Source: an uncultured Reyranella sp. (GTDB lineage: Bacteria > Pseudomonadota > Alphaproteobacteria > Reyranellales > Reyranellaceae). Taken from it: 44,552 nt of DNA. The stretch lies in the NCBI GenBank assembly GCA_964480235.1, contig CAYZQZ010000002.1:1-44552 (forward strand), given 5' to 3'. Position numbers and translations under genes: made by a program. Below are positions 39,099-44,552 of the stretch, one piece after another. The stretch's first letter is position 1. Each line of letters begins with the position of its first letter. Under the pieces are notes generated by a model that was given only the letters and a program-made list of their open reading frames with translations, made no database searches and was not told the origin of the DNA.

Positions 39099-39653
39099 AT
39101 GGCCAGGCCACGCAAGACGGTTCCCGTCCTGAAATCCGAGCGCATCGTGTTACGGCCGTTCCGCGCTGGCGACATCTCGACAATGCACAAGATTTATGCC
39201 GACGCCAGACATATGAAATACTGGAGCGTCGATCCCAGCTCCTCGCTCGCCGCCACGCGCAAGGCGATGCGCTGGCACATCGCCTATCATCCCTTTCACT
39301 ACGCCATGTGGGCAGTCGAGGAAATCAAGGGCGGCAAGCTTATCGGCATGATCAATTACCATCGTCGCGACCGGCGCGAACGCCGGGTCGACATGGGCTG
39401 GGTCGTGCTGCCCGGCCGCTCGGGCAGAGGCTATATGACCGAGGCAGCCCGCACGCTGCTGCGCTATCTGATCGATTCGCTGAAGGTTCACAAGATCGAG
39501 GCGCTGATCCGCCGCGAGAACAAGCCCTCGGCCGCCCTCGCACGGCGCCTGGGGTTTCGCCTGGAGGGTGGCCCGATTCGCGATCGCTGGCTGGTCTCGG
39601 GCAAGTGGCATAGCGTCATGCTCTACGGCCTGATCGCCGGGGAGGAAAAATGA
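39099..39653 (+). CDS. GNAT family acetyltransferase (RimJ/RimL-like)
   Basis: LKSERIVLRPF, GRGYMTEA, HKIEA...ENKPSAALARRLGFRLEG. Confidence 0.9.
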   Translation: MARPRKTVPVLKSERIVLRPFRAGDISTMHKIYADARHMKYWSVDPSSSLAATRKAMRWHIAYHPFHYAMWAVEEIKGGKLIGMINYHRRDRRERRVDMGWVVLPGRSGRGYMTEAARTLLRYLIDSLKVHKIEALIRRENKPSAALARRLGFRLEGGPIRDRWLVSGKWHSVMLYGLIAGEEK

Positions 39654-39666
39654 GGGAGGCGCACCA

Positions 39667-40836
39667 ATGCGGCCCGTGTTCGACCCGAGTGCCGTCCATC
39701 GGTTGAAGTACACCGGCGCCGTCGATGCCGACGGTCATCTCCTGGAAGATGCCGGCCTGTGGGACGCCTACATCGAACGCAAGTACAAAGACCGCGCGAT
39801 GCGGCTGAAGCGCGACGAGAACGGCCTCGAATATCTCGAAATCGGCGGCATTCCGAGCAAGCGCACACGGCGCGGCTATCCGGCCACCTTGGGCCGCATG
39901 GGCCAGAAAGATCTCGAGGCCTTCACGCCGCATCCGGACAAGACCTACGCCGCCAACATGCCCTACGGCGCCTGCGACGCCGGCGAGCGGCTGAAGCTGC
40001 TCGACGCCGAGGGACTCGACGCGGCCGTGCTCTACCCGACCCTCGGCATCCTGTGGGAGGCCGAGCTCTCCGACGTGGAACTGAGCCTGGCCTATTGCCG
40101 CGCCTACAACCGCTGGGTCGCGGACTTCTGCCGCAACGCGGGCGGAAGGCTGATTCCGATTGCCCATCTGTCCCTCGGCGATCCCATCGCTGCCGCTGCC
40201 GAACTCGAGCGCGCGGTGAAGGACGGCTGTCGCGGCGCATTCGTCGTGCCCTTCACCTGGACACACAAGGCGCATGGCGATCCGGCGCACGACCCGGTCT
40301 ATGCCAAGGCCGTCGAGCTCGACGTCCCGATCGCCATTCATCCAGCCTTCGAGCCCTTCGAATTGCGCTCGCCGCGCTTCGAGAACGGCCACCGCCTCAC
40401 CCTGCTCGCCTCGGTGACGGCGGGCGAGGGCGTGCGCCAGGCCTTCACGACCTTCTTCGACTTCGCGACTTTCGACCGGTTCCCGAAGCTCAAGCTTGTG
40501 CTGCTGGAATGCGGCGCCGGCTGGATCGGCTATTGGCTCGACCGGCTCGATGGCGTCGCCACGTCGACCTATCTCGGCGGCCGCGCCCCGCTGAAACTAC
40601 GGCCCAGCGAGTATTTCCGCCGCCAGGTCTGGGTATCGGGCGATCCCGACGAACGCACGCTCCCTGCCATGATGAATACCTACGGCGCCGACCGCTTCTT
40701 CTGGGCATCGGACTATCCGCATCCCGACCACACCGGAGACTACCTGCAGTCGCTGGAGGAAATGGTCGACGAAGTACCTTCGGCCAACCGCGCCGGCCTG
40801 CTTGGTGGTAACGTGCGCCATGCTTTCGGCTTCTAG
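39667..40836 (+). CDS. Amidohydrolase_2 family protein
   Basis: VDADGH, AVLYPT, RAYNRW, IAIH, LECGAGW, WASDYPHPD motifs. Confidence 0.92.
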   Translation: MRPVFDPSAVHRLKYTGAVDADGHLLEDAGLWDAYIERKYKDRAMRLKRDENGLEYLEIGGIPSKRTRRGYPATLGRMGQKDLEAFTPHPDKTYAANMPYGACDAGERLKLLDAEGLDAAVLYPTLGILWEAELSDVELSLAYCRAYNRWVADFCRNAGGRLIPIAHLSLGDPIAAAAELERAVKDGCRGAFVVPFTWTHKAHGDPAHDPVYAKAVELDVPIAIHPAFEPFELRSPRFENGHRLTLLASVTAGEGVRQAFTTFFDFATFDRFPKLKLVLLECGAGWIGYWLDRLDGVATSTYLGGRAPLKLRPSEYFRRQVWVSGDPDERTLPAMMNTYGADRFFWASDYPHPDHTGDYLQSLEEMVDEVPSANRAGLLGGNVRHAFGF

Positions 40837-41800
40837 GACACCTCCTTCCCGCATCCAGGCGAACTGGACACGGGCCACCATCGCGCCACCGGACTGGACG
40901 GTGCGGCTCGGCGCCGACGCACGGGCCGAGATCCGCGCCGTGGTTGCAGAATTGCGCCGGGCCCCGGTACCGCTGTTCCTGCTCGACCCGGCGGACTTCG
41001 AACTGGCAGCCTGCCGCGCCACCATGGCCGAGGTGCGTGAGCGTGCCCAGAAGGGTCCGATGTTTGCCGTGCTCGACCGGCTGCCGCTCGAGGAGATGAG
41101 CCGCGACGAGGCAGTCGCGGTTTACTGGCTGATCTCCAGCCTGCTGGCACGGCCGGTGGCACAGAAGCTGAACGGCCAGATGTTCTACGACGTGATGGAC
41201 ACCGGCGCGAAGCTGAGGCCCGGCTCGGGCATCCGGCCGACCGTGACGAACGTCGACCTGCGCTTCCACAACGACAATTCCTACAACGAAACGCCGCCTG
41301 ACTATGTCTGCCTGTTCTGCCTGCATCCGGCGAAGCAGGGCGGGGTCAGCCAGGTGATGAGCGTCGCCACCGTGCACCAGACACTGGAGCAACGTTTCCC
41401 GGAGTTGATGCCTAGGCTCTACCAGCCTTTCTGGTACGACCGCCACGCCGAGCACCAGCCGGGCGAGCCCACGACCTTCGCCGCGCCGATCTTCGAGCGC
41501 GGCGGTGACGGCACGATCAAGGCACGCCTCGCGCTGAGCGAAATCTATGCCGGATACGAACTGCGCGGCGAGCGCCTGGACAACGAAACGAGCGCGGCGC
41601 TAGCCGCGGTGCAGTCGGTCTTCGACCAGCCCGAATTGCATGTCGAGCTGAGCTTCGAGGCCGGCCAGATCCAGTACGTCAACAACCGCGCCACCGGTCA
41701 CGCCCGTACCGAATTCGTCGACCATCCCGAGCCGGAGAAGAAGCGGCACCTGGTACGGCTATGGCTGCGCGACCACGGCAAGCGCGGCTATCGCGGCTAG
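40820..41800 (+). CDS. TauD/TfdA family Fe(II)/2-oxoglutarate dioxygenase-like protein
   Basis: FHND (HxD), distal GHAR, RHLVRLWL motif. Confidence 0.88.
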   Translation: MLSASRTPPSRIQANWTRATIAPPDWTVRLGADARAEIRAVVAELRRAPVPLFLLDPADFELAACRATMAEVRERAQKGPMFAVLDRLPLEEMSRDEAVAVYWLISSLLARPVAQKLNGQMFYDVMDTGAKLRPGSGIRPTVTNVDLRFHNDNSYNETPPDYVCLFCLHPAKQGGVSQVMSVATVHQTLEQRFPELMPRLYQPFWYDRHAEHQPGEPTTFAAPIFERGGDGTIKARLALSEIYAGYELRGERLDNETSAALAAVQSVFDQPELHVELSFEAGQIQYVNNRATGHARTEFVDHPEPEKKRHLVRLWLRDHGKRGYRG

Positions 41801-41861
41801 GCGGCGCCAACAAGGGTTGAAACAACCAATCAATCTTGCAGACTGACGGCAGGCGCCCATC

Positions 41862-42380
41862 ATGGTCGCCATGAAAGAGCACTACGCCGCCTTCGCCCGC
41901 TACAATGCCTGGGCAAACCGCCGCCTTTACGATGCCGCCGCACAATTGAGCGACGCCGATTACCGTGCCGATCGCGGTGCCTTCTTCAAGTCGATGCACG
42001 GCACGCTGAATCACCTGCTGACCACCGACTGGGTATGGATGCACCGCTTTACCGGCGAGGGCCCCTCGCCGACCAGGCTCGACGCGATCAACCACGATAC
42101 GCTGCCCGAGCTGCGCGCTGCGCGCGAAGCCGAGGACCGGCGCATCGTCGCCTATGTCGATGGCCTGACCGAACAGAAGCTCGCCGGGACGATCAGCTAC
42201 CGCCGCGTCTCGACACCCGAGGAATTCGTCCAGCCACTGGCGCCGGCCCTGGCGCATTTCTTCAACCACCAGACCCATCATCGCGGCCAGGCGCACACCA
42301 TCCTGTGCAGCCTCGGCCGGCGCGACCTGGTGCTCGACCTGCTGTTTTTCCAGCGCGAGATCGAAGCTGGTCGCGCCTGA
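41862..42380 (+). CDS. DinB family protein
   Basis: YNAWAN, FFKSMHGTLNH, HFFNHQTHHRGQ; start 41862 or 41871. Confidence 0.93.
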   Translation: MVAMKEHYAAFARYNAWANRRLYDAAAQLSDADYRADRGAFFKSMHGTLNHLLTTDWVWMHRFTGEGPSPTRLDAINHDTLPELRAAREAEDRRIVAYVDGLTEQKLAGTISYRRVSTPEEFVQPLAPALAHFFNHQTHHRGQAHTILCSLGRRDLVLDLLFFQREIEAGRA

Positions 42381-42484
42381 AGTTCTTGCAAGAACGCCGT
42401 CGTCGATTGACTTTGCCGGACCTGCATTCCAACGATCGAAGCGTCCGGCGGGCCGCCTCGTCGACCGGCAAGAATGGGACCCTC

Positions 42485-43342
42485 ATGAAGTCTGTCGTCG
42501 TCACCGGCGTTTCGACCGGCATCGGATACGCCACCGCAGCCGATTTGTGCCGCCGCGGCTACCGGGTTTTCGGCAGCGTCCGACGCGCCGAGCAGGGCGA
42601 GGCCCTGCGCGGCGAACTGGGAACGCGGTTTCAGCCGCTGCTCTTCGATGTCACCGACGAGACCGCAGTCCGGAGGGCGGCCGACCAGGTACGTGAGACG
42701 CTGGCCGGCTCAGGACTGTTCGGGCTGGTCAACAATGCCGGGCTGTGCGACCCGGGTCCGCTCAGCGTGCAGCCCGCGGAAATCGTGCGGCGGCATCTGG
42801 AAGTCAACGTAATGGGCGTGGTGCATGCGGTGCAGGCCTTTCTGCCCCTGCTGCGCCGGCCGAAGGACGCGTCCGACCGGCCTGGCCGCATCGTCAACAT
42901 CAGTTCGGTCAGTGGACGCATCGCGTTTCCGTTCGTCGGCGCCTACGCCGCCTCCAAACATGCGCTGGAGGCGCTGTCGGACTCACTGCGGCGCGAGTTG
43001 CTGATCTACGGCATCGACGTCGTGGTTATCGAGCCCGGCGCGATCGACACGCCAATCTGGGACAAGGCGGTTCATGTACAGACCGCCTACGAAGGCAGCG
43101 ACTATGCTGCCCTGCTGAAGTCCTTCAACCCGATGGACAATCGCCGGGGGGCGCTGCCCACCTCGGCAGTGACGCAGCGCATCGCTCTGGCGCTCGAGGC
43201 CAAACGGCCCCGCACGCGGTACGCCATTCCCGACCAGCCGATCAAGTTCTGGCACATCCCCCGAATGCTGCCGGATCGCTGGCTCGACCGCATAATCGAT
43301 CGGAGCCTGAACCTGCAGGCAATCCGCGACGGCATGCCCTAG
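42485..43342 (+). CDS. SDR family oxidoreductase
   Basis: TGVSTGIG, LVNNAG, NISS, YAASK, IEPG. Confidence 0.95.
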   Translation: MKSVVVTGVSTGIGYATAADLCRRGYRVFGSVRRAEQGEALRGELGTRFQPLLFDVTDETAVRRAADQVRETLAGSGLFGLVNNAGLCDPGPLSVQPAEIVRRHLEVNVMGVVHAVQAFLPLLRRPKDASDRPGRIVNISSVSGRIAFPFVGAYAASKHALEALSDSLRRELLIYGIDVVVIEPGAIDTPIWDKAVHVQTAYEGSDYAALLKSFNPMDNRRGALPTSAVTQRIALALEAKRPRTRYAIPDQPIKFWHIPRMLPDRWLDRIIDRSLNLQAIRDGMP

Positions 43343-43364
43343 AAGGCGGACGGGCTTCTTCGCA

Positions 43365-43500
43365 CGGCACGATCCGGCCAGTCGTCCCGACTTCCCGTCA
43401 GGTCCGGCTGTAAGCATCTAGGCCGTCCCGCACCTGCGCCGTCCGGCCGCCAGGCCCCAGGTCCCCGAGCTCGAAGAGCTGACCTCGTCCAGCCAGGGAG
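43365..43500 (+). ncRNA. Structured non-coding element resembling an IS110-family end / bridge RNA, with no transposase
   Basis: Hairpin CGGCACGA-TCCGGCCAG-TCGTCCCG, further stem-loops including AGCTC-GAA-GAGCT, then a GGGAG SD-like site with no ORF. The resemblance is from memory of IS110 ends. Confidence 0.5.
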
Positions 43501-43553
43501 CATTGCCTTCGCCGCACGCGCCAAGGGCAGTTGTTCTGGCTGCGCCTCACAGC

Positions 43554-43577
43554 AAAAAGCCCCGCTGGGCGGGGCTT
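43554..43577 (-). terminator. Rho-independent terminator of the tRNA-Lys locus
   Basis: AAGCCCCGC-TGG-GCGGGGCTT hairpin; on the minus strand the GC stem is followed by TTTTT, just downstream of the tRNA CCA end. Confidence 0.85.
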
Positions 43578-43592
43578 ACAAGTCTCAAGGAT

Positions 43593-43639
<47 letters not shown>

Positions 43640-43755
43640 GCGCCGGAGCCGCCCTCACCGCTCGTCTTGTTCCCTCAGCACCCATCAAAAACGCTGATTT
43701 CATTGACCTTCTCGCCATCAGACTCCATGTCTGATTCTCACGAGTCATCGCCCAA

Positions 43756-43777
43756 GTGCTTCCCCGGTGCTTCCCCG
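43756..43777. repeat. Tandem 11-bp direct repeat GTGCTTCCCCG x2 (probable integrase arm-type site)
   Basis: Exact tandem repeat between the att core and the integrase start. Confidence 0.65.
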
Positions 43778-43827
43778 GGAACACAACGATCGGAGACTCA
43801 ACGGCGACGAACGAGGGTCATCAGCGC

Positions 43828-44499
43828 TTGCCGAAGCTCACCCAACGTCTGGTCGAAACCGCCAAGGCCGGCGATCGCGACGTCTATCTCTGGGATAGCG
43901 AGGTCCGCGGCTTCGGCCTGCGCATCAAGCCGAGCGGCAGCCAGTCGTTCATCGTAGCCCTGCGCATTGGCGGCCGCGGCGGTCAGCAGCGGCGGCGCCT
44001 GGTCGGCAAGCCTTCCATCATCTCGGTCGACAAGGCCCGCCAGCAGGCCCGCCTCATGGTTGCCGAGGCCAAGAGCGGCAAGGATCCCGTCGCCGCATTG
44101 ATCGCGGAGCGGCAGAAAAAGCGGCTGCGCGAAGTGGTCCCCGTCTTCCTCACCGGCTACGTGGAAATCAAGCGCAAGCCTTCTTATGCCCGGGAGTGCC
44201 GCCGCATCTTCGATCGGCACATCCTGCCGAAGTTCGGCACCCGCCCGATTTCCGACCTCACCCGGCCGGAGATCACCCGCTGGCATCACGAGATGCGCGA
44301 GACGCCCTATCAGGCCAATCGATGCCTGGCCGTGCTGTCCAAGTGCATGACGTGGGCAATCCGCCATGGCTACCGCGACCAGGGCAGCGGCAATCCTTGC
44401 CAGTACATCGAGAAATTTCGTGAGCCCAAGAGAGAGCGCTATCTATCGACTGAAGAGCTCCGGAGGCTTGCCGCCGCTTTCGAGGCTGCCGAAAACGGG
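43828..44499 (+). CDS. P4-like tyrosine integrase (DUF4102 arm-binding N-terminus), 5' part; probably interrupted
   Basis: Manual translation from TTG: MPKLTQRLV...YLWDSEVRGFGLRIKPSGSQSF...GKDP...ANRCLAVLSK...NPC...RERYLSTEEL. Missing from the ORF track because the frame runs off the window. Confidence 0.9.
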
Positions 44500-44552
44500 T
44501 GTAAGCGCCGGAGACAAAATCCCTCACTGAAGCGGCCGGAAAGTCTGGTTGC
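44500..44552 (+). mobile_element. Possible IS21-family terminal sequence inserted in the integrase
   Basis: Begins TGTAAGCGCCGGAGACAAAATCCCTCA (TG terminus, IS21-like); in-frame codons turn atypical (TGT, AGA, CAA, AAT, TCA, AGT). Confidence 0.55.

Noticed and set aside
43397-43418. GTCAGGTCCGGCTGTAAGCATC as SRP RNA (ffs) domain IV
   Set aside because: Lacks the GNRA tetraloop and the UCC/GGA closing stem; the surrounding structure fits an IS110-type end better.

Overview
GC-rich alphaproteobacterial chromosome segment (CIRCE-regulated groESL, usg, three Bug/TctC solute receptors; a Reyranella-like host is an impression, not a result). Left to right: groEL 5' end, groES and usg; mixed catabolic and housekeeping genes (nitronate monooxygenase, EamA, GST, HpcH aldolase, CYP153-like P450, kup, hydrolase, GNAT); an FNR-box-preceded aeRF1-like 'translational machinery' protein; a CHRD protein; three tandem, translationally coupled DUF917 paralogs plus hydantoinase/oxoprolinase, with an AroM and PotABCD-type ABC operon upstream; a sox operon lacking soxCD (cytochrome c2, fused triheme SoxXA, soxY, soxZ, soxB, exported DsrE) with a divergent alpha/beta-hydrolase; a Bug/DUF35/thiolase-like/deaminase/amidase module; two paralogous DxDxDG lipoproteins; CoA-transferase, prmB, pfkA and further hydrolases/oxidoreductases. 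The right end holds an orphan structured non-coding element resembling an IS110 bridge-RNA end, a tRNA-Lys(CUU) 3' fragment (att site) and a P4-type integrase that appears to be interrupted by an IS21-like end at the window edge. All calls come from reading motifs by eye; no searches were run.
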